A stretch of DNA of 64,000 nucleotides, taken from assembly GCA_037379555.1 (NCBI GenBank), contig JARRJK010000027.1:1285-65284 (forward strand), read 5' to 3'. Shown here piece by piece: positions 35,750 through 45,348 of this stretch (its first letter is position 1; the number at the start of each line of letters is the position of its first letter). The position numbers and the translations under genes were made by a program. This DNA comes from Anaerolineales bacterium. GTDB taxonomy: Bacteria > Chloroflexota > Anaerolineae > Anaerolineales > E44-bin32. The notes beneath the pieces are model-generated. The model was not told the DNA's origin. It saw only the letters and a list, made by a program, of their open reading frames with translations, and did no database searches.

Positions 35750-36853
35750 ATGCGAAGGTACCGGGTGGTGCTTGCTTTGATGCTGCTTGGTTTGAGCGCA
35801 TGCGTCAATTCCGAGCGGAACCAGCTCCACGTTACCCCGACGCGAATTACAGCCGGCTACGGCCATACCTGCATCCTGAGGACATCCGGGGGGATCCTGT
35901 GCTGGGGACATAATGGTTTCGGACAGCTGGGAAGCGATGACCTCGGGGACTGGAAGAGTGCGCTCATGATGAATATCCCGGGAGAACTTTCGGCGGTCAC
36001 GGCCGGCGCATACCACACCTGCGCCTTGACTCAGGCGGGTGATGTGTACTGCTGGGGTTGGAATGCATTCGGCCAGCTCGGTGATGGCACGACGGTCGAC
36101 CGGACGTCACCGGTGCGCGTGAAATCCCTGCCCGCTGATGTGGTTCAGGTGGACGCCGGTTCGACCCATACCTGTGCCCTGGATGCACAGGGCGGAGCGT
36201 ACTGCTGGGGCCAGAACAGCTGCGGGCAGCTGGGCGATGGCACCCAGACCGACCAGTCTGAAGCAGTCCAGGTGCAAGACCTTCCAGCCGGAGTAACCAC
36301 GATCGCCTCCGGTGGGGTCTTCACATGCTCACTGACTGCGGCAGGCGACATGTACTGTTGGGGGGATGGGTCAGCGGACCGTTTCGCAGCAGGTAGTGAG
36401 CCTTGCGTCCTCAGGCCGATAAAAGTTAATGCAAGGCCCGGGTTGATCGCCATTGCGGCCGGAGAGTATCACCTGTGCGCACTTCAGGATGATGGTTCGG
36501 CTGCCTGTTGGGGATCGATCACTACGGAACGGGCGACGACCCCCGAGGAACCACTGGCTGCTTCAGGCCTGCCAGATCGGATTGCTCAGCTGGAGGCTGG
36601 AGCAGGTTTTCAATGCGGGTTGACCCAGTCCGGGCTCGTCTACTGTTGGGGTGATAACTACTTTGGACAACTGGGAGATGGAACGGATCGGCCGAGCTTA
36701 TACCCATTGGAGGCGGTAGCGCTGCAAGGGCATGCCCTGGAGATCGCGCTAGGCTCCGGTCATGTCTGCGCCATGATCGATGACGGAAAGGTGTACTGCT
36801 GGGGTGATGGTTCGGCTGGCCAGCTGGGCGATGGATCTCAGCGCTGGCAGTAA
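35750..36853 (+). CDS. RCC1-repeat beta-propeller lipoprotein
   Basis: 367 aa. Lipobox MRRYRVVLALMLLGLSAC. Seven repeats of the type GYGHTCILRTSGGILCWGHNGFGQLG. Confidence 0.9.
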   Translation: MRRYRVVLALMLLGLSACVNSERNQLHVTPTRITAGYGHTCILRTSGGILCWGHNGFGQLGSDDLGDWKSALMMNIPGELSAVTAGAYHTCALTQAGDVYCWGWNAFGQLGDGTTVDRTSPVRVKSLPADVVQVDAGSTHTCALDAQGGAYCWGQNSCGQLGDGTQTDQSEAVQVQDLPAGVTTIASGGVFTCSLTAAGDMYCWGDGSADRFAAGSEPCVLRPIKVNARPGLIAIAAGEYHLCALQDDGSAACWGSITTERATTPEEPLAASGLPDRIAQLEAGAGFQCGLTQSGLVYCWGDNYFGQLGDGTDRPSLYPLEAVALQGHALEIALGSGHVCAMIDDGKVYCWGDGSAGQLGDGSQRWQ

Positions 36854-36878
36854 CCCCGGGCAGACCGATCATGCAATC

Positions 36879-37169
36879 CTACCCCGTGGTGTGTTTAAGT
36901 ATGTCCAGCAGATCGGCGACCGCCACCTCGCGCTGATCGGCCCGGCGCAGCGGCCGCTTGCGGTTGACAGTGTAGCGGTTGCGGCGCCCGTCTTTTTCGA
37001 TCTCGATGTAGCCATCCGCATCGAGCTCGCTGATGATACGCCGCACTGTCCGCACCGTGATCCCAAGGCGCGTCGCGATCTCGCGGGCCGTGATCAACCC
37101 CTCATGTCCGAGGATCGCCAGGACCGCACCATGGTTTGTTATGAAAGTCCAGGGTGATTTTGGGGACAC
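36879..37169 (-). CDS. small winged-helix DNA-binding protein (paralog of 35273..35593)
   Basis: 96 aa. FITNHGAVLAILGHEGLITAREIATRLGITVRTVRRIISELDADGYIEIEKDGRRNRYTV. Confidence 0.8.
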   Translation of the reverse strand: MSPKSPWTFITNHGAVLAILGHEGLITAREIATRLGITVRTVRRIISELDADGYIEIEKDGRRNRYTVNRKRPLRRADQREVAVADLLDILKHTTG

Positions 37170-37203
37170 CGCTCCTCCAGCTTCGTTTCGGTCTGCGATG
37201 AGG

Positions 37204-37222
37204 ATTCCACCGGTCGTGGAAT
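37204..37222. promoter_or_regulatory. perfect inverted repeat, candidate operator upstream of the wHTH gene
   Basis: ATTCCAC-CGGTC-GTGGAAT, 35-53 nt upstream of the 37169 start codon. Confidence 0.35.
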
Positions 37223-37306
37223 AGCTTTCATGATAGATACCTCATCGATCCCGGTTTTGTCAAATCGTGCTGGGAGAAACGGTGCTCGGCTGGGGGCTGA
37301 TCAGGG

Positions 37307-38302
37307 TTACGGCGCGCCAGCCGCCCTGTCGCTCTGCACCCGCTGACGCACCCGCATGTAGAGCGCGGCCAATCCCGCGACTGCCGCCAATCCGACTATG
37401 CTCATCCCGGCCGGGTTGTCGGCGCGAGAAGGATCGGTTTCAGCCGCGAATGCAAGCAGAATGAAGAAAGTCAGGACGCCGGCTGCAAGCGCCAGACGGC
37501 CGCGGTCATCCCAGGCGCCTTCACCGCTCGCCCAGCGTATCAGGCGCCAGCTGCCGAGTGCGGCAAGCAGGATGAAGGCGATTGTCAGTGGAGCGGGGAA
37601 ACCGAGCTCCGGCATGGCCCATCCGCCGAAAAAGAGTGCGGTGATCCCCAGAAAGCCGAGCAGTCCCAACCGAAAAGATCCCCAGCGCGGCTTTGATTCG
37701 GGCTTTCCCCAGCGCGCCGGCTGCTCGTGGGCCAGAAATACGAGCGCCACGGTCGCGACCACGGCCAGCGCATAGGGCGCAAATGGAGGCCGGTAGGGGG
37801 TTAGAAATAGATTCGCGAAAACAACATCGATTGCCAGCAGGATGCCAACCGTGCGCATCCCCCTGCGCCCCAGCCATGGATCGTCGCGGCGCCCAGGGAA
37901 CAGGATCTCCACCAGCAGGATCGGCAGCGCGATGCTCACCACGGCATGGTAGAGCGTCAGCAGCACAGCCCACACCCAGTTTACGCCGGCCCAGCGGCCA
38001 TAGATTCCCAGCAAGCCGAGGTCCATCCAAGACGGATCGAAGAAGGATTTCACCATCAAGCCTTCCTCGAGTATGCCGTAGGCGAGACCGAGAACAAGGA
38101 TGGTCGGCCAGCGCTTTCCCCAGCGTAGAGCAGTTTCACGCACGAGCAGCGCTCCGCCACCATAGAGTGCTGCAAGCAGCAGCAGCGAGAATGGCTTGAA
38201 GAACTCAACCGGGGGAGATGATCCGGAGAGCAGTTCGCCGATGGCCGGCGCGAGTGTGAAGAGAACCAGGGCAGGGGGGACGCGGCGTCGCGAATCACTC
38301 AT
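37307..38302 (-). CDS. polytopic membrane protein, function unknown
   Basis: ORF to 38332. The ATG at 38302 is preferred (AAGGAG 5 nt upstream, MSDSRRRVPPALVLF...). About 8-9 hydrophobic helices. Confidence 0.65.
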   Translation of the reverse strand: MSDSRRRVPPALVLFTLAPAIGELLSGSSPPVEFFKPFSLLLLAALYGGGALLVRETALRWGKRWPTILVLGLAYGILEEGLMVKSFFDPSWMDLGLLGIYGRWAGVNWVWAVLLTLYHAVVSIALPILLVEILFPGRRDDPWLGRRGMRTVGILLAIDVVFANLFLTPYRPPFAPYALAVVATVALVFLAHEQPARWGKPESKPRWGSFRLGLLGFLGITALFFGGWAMPELGFPAPLTIAFILLAALGSWRLIRWASGEGAWDDRGRLALAAGVLTFFILLAFAAETDPSRADNPAGMSIVGLAAVAGLAALYMRVRQRVQSDRAAGAP

Positions 38303-38401
38303 GCTGTCTCCTTGAGACTTAAGGTGTTTCATTCATGAGTACAGGGAATCCTGCCGCGTTGTTGCACGCGTGTTTTGAAGTGGGAACCAATTCGGCGCGC
38401 G

Positions 38402-39577
38402 TTATTCGAAGTTCAGGGCGGAGAAGAACGCGGTAAGCCGTTCCAGGCCCTGCTCGATCTGCTCCATGCTGGCCGCATAGGACAGCCGCAGGAAACCCTC
38501 GCCCTGCGAACCGAATGCTGTTCCGGGGAGCAGTGCCACACCAGCCTGCTCCAGGATCATCGTGGTGAGGCGTTCAGCGGAAATACCGGCCGCTTTAATG
38601 TTCGGGAATGCATAAAAAGCCCCTTGCGGCATCTGGCACTGTACGCCGCGCAGGCTGTTCAATCCGGCAACCATCCGGTCGCGCCGTTGTCGGTACTGGA
38701 TGAGCATCTCCTCGATCTGCTCCTGAGGTCCACGCAGCGCTTCCTGGCCAGCATACTGGGTGAACTGCGCTGTGGAACCCGTGGAGTGTGTGACCAGCAG
38801 GTCGACCTTCTGCGCCAGCTCAACAGGCATGATGCCGTATCCCAGGCGCCAGCCAGTCATGGCATAGGTCTTGGAGAATCCATCGACAACGATTGTGCGT
38901 TCAGCCATACCGGGCAACGTGACAATGCTCGCCGGCGCTTGCTCCAGATAATGCAGGCGGCTGTAGATTTCATCTGACATCACCCAGCAGTTATGTGCAA
39001 GAGCAAGCTCAGCAATGGCTTCGAGTGCGGTTGAGGAGAGCACGCCGCCCGTCGGGTTTGAGGGGGAATTGAGGATTATTAAGCGCGAGCGTTCGCTCAT
39101 GGCGCGTCGCAGGTACTCGAGGTCGGGTGCGAAATCATCCTCCTCGATAAGTGGATAAGGGACCGGCTTTCCCCCGGCGACGAGGATCATCGCCCGGTAG
39201 GTGGGAAAACCAGGATCGGGATACAGCACCTCATCGCCCGGTTCGACCAGCGCCAGCGTGGGGAAGAACAGGTTCGGCTTTGCACCCGGCGAGACAATGA
39301 CCTGCTGTGGTAAGAAGGAAATCCCCCGTCTTGTCCCTGCGTCCTCGGCGATCGCGGCGCGTAAGGCGGGCATGCCGGCTGGCGCTGTGTAGCGTGTCTG
39401 CCCGGATTCGATCGCCCGGATGCCTGCCTGGCGGACATTCTCATAGGTCTCGATATCTGGCTGGCCGATCTCAAAGTGGACGATCGTGTGCCCCTGCGCC
39501 TCGAGCTGCTGTGCTTTCGCCAGCACATGGTAGGCGCCTTCAGACTTCAATTCATCTGTCCGGCGGGCAAACTGCAT
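38402..39577 (-). CDS. PLP-dependent aminotransferase, class I/II (aspartate aminotransferase-like)
   Basis: 391 aa. ...NPSNPTGGVL..., PLP lysine context FSKTYAMTGWRLGY, ...RLSYA.... Confidence 0.93.
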   Translation of the reverse strand: MQFARRTDELKSEGAYHVLAKAQQLEAQGHTIVHFEIGQPDIETYENVRQAGIRAIESGQTRYTAPAGMPALRAAIAEDAGTRRGISFLPQQVIVSPGAKPNLFFPTLALVEPGDEVLYPDPGFPTYRAMILVAGGKPVPYPLIEEDDFAPDLEYLRRAMSERSRLIILNSPSNPTGGVLSSTALEAIAELALAHNCWVMSDEIYSRLHYLEQAPASIVTLPGMAERTIVVDGFSKTYAMTGWRLGYGIMPVELAQKVDLLVTHSTGSTAQFTQYAGQEALRGPQEQIEEMLIQYRQRRDRMVAGLNSLRGVQCQMPQGAFYAFPNIKAAGISAERLTTMILEQAGVALLPGTAFGSQGEGFLRLSYAASMEQIEQGLERLTAFFSALNFE

Positions 39578-39742
39578 GCGTGCCTCCGCTCTTGATCGCG
39601 GGGTGCATTGTAAGCTGATTCGGGATCGGGCACTACGCTTGGATGGCCACCGGACTGCGGGTAGAATGGCCGCGGCTTGGAAAGCAGCTATGCTTTGGAA
39701 GAGAGGCCCGGGACGGAAACCTCAAACACAACTTCACCCCTG

Positions 39743-40609
39743 ATGGCGTACCTGGCCCTGGTAGCTGGCATCGTGGCGATTGGTTTCTCCGCCATTTTCA
39801 TTCGCTGGGCCGCTGCGCCCGGCATCGTCGCCAGCCTGTACCGGATGGCGATCGGCTGGTTGATGCTGACGATCCCCTTCCTCGGACGGCGCAGGCAGCT
39901 GCCGCATGCAGGCTGGCACGAGCTACGTTTTGCTCTGCTTGGGGGCGTCTTCTTCGCAGTCGACCTTTCACTCTGGTCGACAGGCGTGGTGATCAGCGGA
40001 GCGACCAATCCGACCTTGTTGGCGAACACAGCCCCGCTTTGGGTTGGCATTGGCGCGACGCTTATCTTCCACGAGCGCTTGAAGGGCGGATTCTGGTTGG
40101 GTCTGCTGATGTCGATGGCCGGCGCGGCGTTGATCCTGGGGCTTGATGCGCTGCGCGCAATGTCGCTCGGCCTGGGGACGTTCTTTGGCTTGCTGGCCGG
40201 CCTCTTCTACGGTGGATACTTTCTGATCACCCAGCGCGGGCGGCGCACGTTTGACGCGATTTCCTACTTCTGGGTTTCATCGCTCGCAGCCGTGGTCACG
40301 CTTTTCGTGATCAACGCTGCAGCCCGCCAACCGCTGTTCGCATATTCCACACGAACTTATCTCAGCTTGCTTGGTCTTGGAGTGGTGAGCCAGGGTATCG
40401 GCTGGCTGGTGATCAACTACGCGCAGGGGAAATTGCCGGCGACACTTGTCGCACCGACGCTGCTCGGGCAGCCAGTTGTGACCGGCCTGCTGGCTGGGCC
40501 GCTGCTGGGTGAAGTTCTGCAGCCGCTGCAGATCGCAGGCGGCATAGCGGTGCTGGCGGGCGTGTTCATCGTTCACCGCAGCCGGAACCGGTCCATTCAG
40601 GCTGCGTAG
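39743..40609 (+). CDS. EamA/DMT-family transporter (intact, 10 TM)
   Basis: ORF from 39677. The ATG at 39743 (MAYLALVAGIVAIGFSAIFIRW) is the likely start. Two EamA halves are present. Confidence 0.85.
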   Translation: MAYLALVAGIVAIGFSAIFIRWAAAPGIVASLYRMAIGWLMLTIPFLGRRRQLPHAGWHELRFALLGGVFFAVDLSLWSTGVVISGATNPTLLANTAPLWVGIGATLIFHERLKGGFWLGLLMSMAGAALILGLDALRAMSLGLGTFFGLLAGLFYGGYFLITQRGRRTFDAISYFWVSSLAAVVTLFVINAAARQPLFAYSTRTYLSLLGLGVVSQGIGWLVINYAQGKLPATLVAPTLLGQPVVTGLLAGPLLGEVLQPLQIAGGIAVLAGVFIVHRSRNRSIQAA

Positions 40610-41670
40610 TCGGGCGAGGCCAGGCGCTCCGCAATCGCCCGGTCGACTTTGCCCATCGGGAATTCTCCCAGGCGTTCGATTTCAACCCAGCGCAGATCGC
40701 TGTGCTCAAGCTGCTTGGGCTGGCCAGCCAGGATCCTGGTTTCGAAGGCGTGGACCGAGACGTGGAAGTGGCTGTAACTGTGATCGAAGGCTCCGAGTTC
40801 AGAGCCGACTTCGACCTCGATCTGCAGCTCCTCCAGCAGCTCCCGCCGCAGGCACTCCTGCAAGTTCTCTTCCGGCTCGCGTTTGCCGCCCGGGAATTCC
40901 CACAGCCCGCCGAGCAGCTTGCCTTCTGGACGGCGTCCGATCAACACGCTGTCGCCGCGCCGCATCACACCGGCCGCAGCCTGGTAGGACGGGATGGAGT
41001 CGCGTGCGGCTCGAACCGGGCGTTCGTCGGTGGTCCCGCGCGCTCTCGAGAGGCACGTACCGGCGAGCGGGCAGATGGAGCAGCGCGGGGCGCGTGGCAG
41101 GCAGACCATCGCCCCCAGGTCCATCAGGGCCTGGTTGAAAGCCGCCGCCTGTTTCTCCGGCATGTGTTCCTCCGCCCATGCGCGCAGCTTTCTTTCCCCC
41201 GCCGCGCGGCGGGCGTCGAGCTCGAGGTCGGTCAGGCGGGCGATCACGCGCCGCAGGTTGCCGTCAAGCGCGACTTCGGGCTGATCGAAGGCCAATGCAG
41301 CCAGTGCAGCCGCGGTGTACCGGCCCAGCCCAGGCAGTTTTTCCAGCTCGCGGGCCTGGCGGGGAAACTGCCCAGCATATTGATCCATCAAGAGTACGGT
41401 TGTCCGATGAAGGTTATGAGCACGCCGGTAATAACCCAGCCCTTCCCAGTGACGGAGTACATCCTCGATCTGCGCGCCGGCGAGCGATGCCAGCGTCGGG
41501 AACGACAGCAGCCATCGCTGGTAATAGGGGATGACAGTCTCGACCCGCGTCTGCTGGAGCATGATCTCCGAGATCCAGATCCGGTAGGGATCACGGGTGT
41601 GCCGCCAGGGCAGATCACGTCCGTTTTCGTCGAACCATGCCAGCAGCTGCGCGGCTGTTGCGGTCGCCAT
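40597..41670 (-). CDS. mutY: A/G-specific adenine DNA glycosylase MutY (HhH-GPD, 4Fe-4S, NUDIX-like C-terminal domain)
   Basis: SEIMLQQTRVETVIPYYQRW, the Cys cluster CLPRAPRCSICPLAGTC, and C-terminal GLWEFPGGKRE. The start at 41670 (MATATAAQLL) is preferred because a -10 box lies 6 nt upstream (leaderless). Confidence 0.9.
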   Translation of the reverse strand: MATATAAQLLAWFDENGRDLPWRHTRDPYRIWISEIMLQQTRVETVIPYYQRWLLSFPTLASLAGAQIEDVLRHWEGLGYYRRAHNLHRTTVLLMDQYAGQFPRQARELEKLPGLGRYTAAALAALAFDQPEVALDGNLRRVIARLTDLELDARRAAGERKLRAWAEEHMPEKQAAAFNQALMDLGAMVCLPRAPRCSICPLAGTCLSRARGTTDERPVRAARDSIPSYQAAAGVMRRGDSVLIGRRPEGKLLGGLWEFPGGKREPEENLQECLRRELLEELQIEVEVGSELGAFDHSYSHFHVSVHAFETRILAGQPKQLEHSDLRWVEIERLGEFPMGKVDRAIAERLASPDYAA

Positions 41671-41676
41671 GAGTGC

Positions 41677-41706
41677 ATTGTACCGACCGGAGGAGGAGCC
41701 CGGCAA
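41677..41706 (-). promoter_or_regulatory. sigma70-type promoter giving a leaderless mutY transcript
   Basis: Minus strand reads TTGCCG (41706..41701), an 18-nt spacer, TACAAT (41682..41677), then GCACTC and the ATG. A divergent plus-strand TATAAT at 41709..41714 precedes the methyltransferase gene. Confidence 0.5.
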
Positions 41707-41751
41707 GGTATAATTTTTGGTCCTGGAAACCCCGGGAGAGGGAGTGATGTT

Positions 41752-42405
41752 ATGCCGACGTATAACGACGCACTCGAGAAGTACAGCCGCGAGTTATTCG
41801 CGCAGGAAGACGCTATCCTGCAGACGATCCGCCGACGCATCGCTGAAAATGGACTTCCCCAGATCACCGTCAAACCGGAGGAAGGCCGTTTCCTGCAGTT
41901 CATCACCTCCCTTGGAGGGGTGCGCAAGGCGCTTGAAATCGGAACGCTCGGCGGGTACAGCGGGACGTGGATCGCCCGTGGGCTTGCGTCCGGCGGGATG
42001 CTGATCACCCTCGAGCGCGAGCAGGAGCGGGCGGAACTGGCGCGTGAACATTTCAAGCTGGCCGGAGTGGCGGACCGCGTCAGCGTGCGCGTGGGAGACG
42101 CCCACCAGCTGCTTGAGTCGCTAGCCCCGGAAGGACCATTCGATCTGATCTTTATCGATGCAGAAAAAGAGGGTTACCTGCGCTATCTCGATTGGGCGCT
42201 TGTGAATATCGCTCCCGGCGGACTGGTAGCGGGGCATAATGCGTTTTCACACGGAGACGTCGTCGACAGCGACATCCAGACCGAACGAGCGCATGTGCTG
42301 AGGCAGTTCAATCAGCGCCTGGCGCAGGATCAGCGCCTCGTGAGCCTGATCTACCCGGCAGGGGATGGACTGGCCGTGGGCTATCTGAAAAAGGAGCAGA
42401 GCTAA
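41752..42405 (+). CDS. class I SAM-dependent O-methyltransferase (caffeoyl-CoA O-methyltransferase-like)
   Basis: The real start is the ATG at 41752 (MPTYNDALEKYS...). The long 5' extension in the ORF track is antisense to mutY. VRKALEIGTLGGYSG (SAM motif I), LIFIDAEKEGY. Confidence 0.9.
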   Translation: MPTYNDALEKYSRELFAQEDAILQTIRRRIAENGLPQITVKPEEGRFLQFITSLGGVRKALEIGTLGGYSGTWIARGLASGGMLITLEREQERAELAREHFKLAGVADRVSVRVGDAHQLLESLAPEGPFDLIFIDAEKEGYLRYLDWALVNIAPGGLVAGHNAFSHGDVVDSDIQTERAHVLRQFNQRLAQDQRLVSLIYPAGDGLAVGYLKKEQS

Positions 42406-42548
42406 GTCCTTCTTCGTCAGCCCGCACCCCAACGGGAGCGCAATCAACCCGAAAACTCATCTCCCATCATCGACCCTCGCGGGAGAGACCTGTGAGAACG
42501 TTCCTGTCCAGCACGGGTTAGAATCCCCTGCCTGACGATGATGGCGAT

Positions 42549-43127
42549 TCAATCTCCGTACAGTTCGTTGAACTTCTCGACCGGCATCCAGATGTCCATG
42601 CGCTGGATCTCACGAAAGCGTTTGCCGTGCAGCGTGCCGGGGTTGTACGTACTCATCAGGGCCCAGGTGAAGAGGTTCTCCCAGAATTCGCCGAAGCGTC
42701 CAAGCGGCGAGTAGTATGCCGTGAGCTCAAAGCCAAGATGCTCGAGAAGGCGCTGCTGAGCAGTCGACAGATCACCAGAAAACAAGACGGTCGCTCCGCC
42801 GATGGCCTTGATCTCACCCGCAAGACCCTGGTTAACAGCCCAGGAATGCAGCAGCCGCAGCGAGTGAACAAAGCGCTTTTGTGAATCAACAGCCCAGCGG
42901 AAATCAGGACCTTGCGGCGGAATGGTGGGCATGCGCTCATTCCAGAAGTGGATCAGCAGCAGGGAGGCGCCGGCCGCTATGGTTGTCGACGACAATCGGA
43001 TCGTGTGCTTCGCTCTGGTTAGGCTTGTCCGGAGGATGCAGCGCGGATCGGTAGAGAAGGTCTCGATGTGGGACAGTCGCCTGAGGATGAGATCGATCAG
43101 GCGGACGAATGCGGCGACGATGGGCAT
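42549..43127 (-). CDS. conserved hypothetical protein (last gene of the glycolipid-like cluster)
   Basis: 192-aa ORF with coding-like composition. It possibly resembles YkoP-like proteins, but I cannot support that from memory alone. Confidence 0.5.
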   Translation of the reverse strand: MPIVAAFVRLIDLILRRLSHIETFSTDPRCILRTSLTRAKHTIRLSSTTIAAGASLLLIHFWNERMPTIPPQGPDFRWAVDSQKRFVHSLRLLHSWAVNQGLAGEIKAIGGATVLFSGDLSTAQQRLLEHLGFELTAYYSPLGRFGEFWENLFTWALMSTYNPGTLHGKRFREIQRMDIWMPVEKFNELYGD

Positions 43128-43186
43128 ACCTTCTCCCCGTTTCCAGCATGGGGCGCCGGGTTACACCACATGTGACATTGCGGCGG

Positions 43187-44329
43187 TCAGCTGACAGCTT
43201 TCTTCAGGGCGAGCAGATGGCCGTCGGAATCCATGCGGAAACGCTCTCCTCGCCAGTAGACAGTGCGTCCGAACATTGCCGCCAACCAGACCAGCGCAGA
43301 GAGCATATCACGGACGGGCAGCCATGGAAGCCAGCGCCGCAGCTCGTCATCTTGTATATGGCCGGCGATGAACCAGGCGACTACCCAGCGCAGGAGTAAT
43401 GATACAGCTGTAAGTTGGACGGCGAGCGGTGAGAAATTCGAAAGGAACAAAGTCACGATAGACAGCGGAGTGCTGAATGTGAGCACTATGAAGGGATATT
43501 CCAGCGGCCGGCTGACCCGCACACAGCGAGCCCAGCGGATCTCGCGGTGCCACTGCTCCATGAAGCGAGTGGCGCCCAGGCGATTGATCATGATGTAGCG
43601 TGAAAGCACCACCTTGAAACCCGCTTTCCTTATCCGATACCCGATTTCGTAGTCATCCGCCAGATAATTTGCCACAGTCAGGAATCCGCCAATCGCATCA
43701 AGCGCAGCGCGGCGGATGATCAAGCTGGCACCCAGCCCGAAGCGCATTCCGAGCAGCTTTCTTCCGATCATCACCGAGGGCATGAAGGTCACGGACATGT
43801 GCATTGCTTCCAGGCGGGCAGTGAAGGTTTCTAGTTCGGCCGCCCGGTAAGGACAGGTGACCAGGCCCGTATTCCCGTCAGCAAGCGGAGCAACGACTTC
43901 GGACAGGTAGCTTGAATCGACATACATGTCGCTGTCGCTGACCGCAAGGATATCGTATTTCGCCACTCCCACCAGTTGATGCAGGATGCTTGCCTTGCGG
44001 TTCGTCCCGATAATACTGGTTTGGATCAGGCGAATCGACCTTTCCGGATAGTCGCGCTGCAAGCGAGTGATGATCGGCACCACCGGGTCATTAGCATCGT
44101 CGACACCAAACAGGATCTCATACTCGGGGTAGTCCTGCTGGCAGAACGTCTCAAAGTTATGGTAGGCGTGATCATCAACGCCGCGCACAGGTTTCAGAAT
44201 CGTAACCGGCGGTTGGTAGCTGCCGCTCTGGTGGGGCGATTCTCGAAAGAATGACCGGGTGAGCATCCAGGCGATAAGCCAAAATGCCCAACCGGCGACG
44301 ATGAGGATGATCAGCAGTTTCATGACCAT
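43187..44329 (-). CDS. glycosyltransferase family 2/21 (ceramide-glucosyltransferase-like / HpnI-like)
   Basis: 380 aa. N-terminal TM, PPVTILKPVRGVDD, DxD region ILAVSDSDMYV, Q/RxxRW-like EQWHREIRWARC, C-terminal TM helices. Confidence 0.85.
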   Translation of the reverse strand: MVMKLLIILIVAGWAFWLIAWMLTRSFFRESPHQSGSYQPPVTILKPVRGVDDHAYHNFETFCQQDYPEYEILFGVDDANDPVVPIITRLQRDYPERSIRLIQTSIIGTNRKASILHQLVGVAKYDILAVSDSDMYVDSSYLSEVVAPLADGNTGLVTCPYRAAELETFTARLEAMHMSVTFMPSVMIGRKLLGMRFGLGASLIIRRAALDAIGGFLTVANYLADDYEIGYRIRKAGFKVVLSRYIMINRLGATRFMEQWHREIRWARCVRVSRPLEYPFIVLTFSTPLSIVTLFLSNFSPLAVQLTAVSLLLRWVVAWFIAGHIQDDELRRWLPWLPVRDMLSALVWLAAMFGRTVYWRGERFRMDSDGHLLALKKAVS

Positions 44330-45180
44330 GATGGGTCCTCACTGAGCATCGCGTAGGTGGCCTGCTCAAAGCCGTGCTCTGGGACTGCGCTGCGGACGCG
44401 TGGATCGAGCAGGGCTTGCAGATCGTCTGGATTCGGGCCGAGCTCGTGCACGCGTGATCCGGTCGTTGGATGTGCGTACACTTCGATCGTCCGGTAGGAT
44501 GAGCGTTCCAGGATAAGAAGCAAGTAATCGGTATTCATGTGGCCTGATTGCAGCAGGCCATATGTACGTTCAACTGCGAGGAAATCCCCCTCGGTCAACC
44601 GGCGGCGCTGCCAGGCAGCAAGCCAGAGGAACACTGTGTTGGTCAGCGCCTTCGCCGCAGCCGAACGGCGGCTGTATGCCAGCGCAAGGTTCAAGTCATC
44701 GCGGGGAATACGGACTCCGTGTACGCCGAACTCCTGCATGAGCGAACTCAGGATCGGGAATACCGCTGGGTGCATGTGCATGTTCAAATGTCCATCAACA
44801 TGCGTGAGCGGCAGTCCGGACTCGAGAAAGGCATCGAATTGAGCGCGCATTTCGAGCTGCAGTTCTTGGCGAGCGCGCGCATCAAAGAAGTAGCGCACAC
44901 CTGCTGCGAACGCGTTCTGACGGAATTCCCCGCGCGAGTCTACAAGGCGGGGAATATCTGCTGGAGGGAGCGCGGCCCGGCCGGAAACCAGCACCAGATG
45001 CAGGCCCACGCTCAGTTCAGGGTGTGCCTTCGCAATCGCCACGGCTCCGGCTACGGCTTCGCCGTTGACCATCAGGCTGGCGCTGGTCAGCACGCCGTGA
45101 AGGTATGCCTGCCGGACGGCTTCATTGACCGATTCGTTCAGGCCGAAGTCGTCGGCGTTAAAGATGACTTTACGACTCAA
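44320..45180 (-). CDS. YdjC/ChbG-family carbohydrate deacetylase (HpnK-like)
   Basis: 286 aa from a TTG start. MSRKVIFNADDFGLNESVNEAV...LTSASLMVNG...GLHLVL...HVDGHLNMHMHP. Confidence 0.85.
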   Translation of the reverse strand: MSRKVIFNADDFGLNESVNEAVRQAYLHGVLTSASLMVNGEAVAGAVAIAKAHPELSVGLHLVLVSGRAALPPADIPRLVDSRGEFRQNAFAAGVRYFFDARARQELQLEMRAQFDAFLESGLPLTHVDGHLNMHMHPAVFPILSSLMQEFGVHGVRIPRDDLNLALAYSRRSAAAKALTNTVFLWLAAWQRRRLTEGDFLAVERTYGLLQSGHMNTDYLLLILERSSYRTIEVYAHPTTGSRVHELGPNPDDLQALLDPRVRSAVPEHGFEQATYAMLSEDPSWS

Positions 45181-45348
45181 GTTCTTGCCTTCTACCAGGT
45201 ATCCCAGGAGGTTGGTGGAATGCCCGCCGGCGCGAATGGCAAAATGGGTGGTGGTCCATGCCGGAGGAGTGGAAAGGTGTTCTCCTTATCTATCTACTAT
45301 GGTAATGGCAAATTCACGACTCCGGACCTTTTCTTTTCATTAAGAGGA

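Noticed and set aside
45234-45312. A 9-nt direct repeat AATGGCAAA (at about 45234 and 45304) in the intergenic region between the split GT4 gene and the YdjC-like gene, considered as an operator.
   Set aside because: There are only two short copies 70 nt apart, with no symmetry or recurrence elsewhere in the window. This is not distinguishable from chance.
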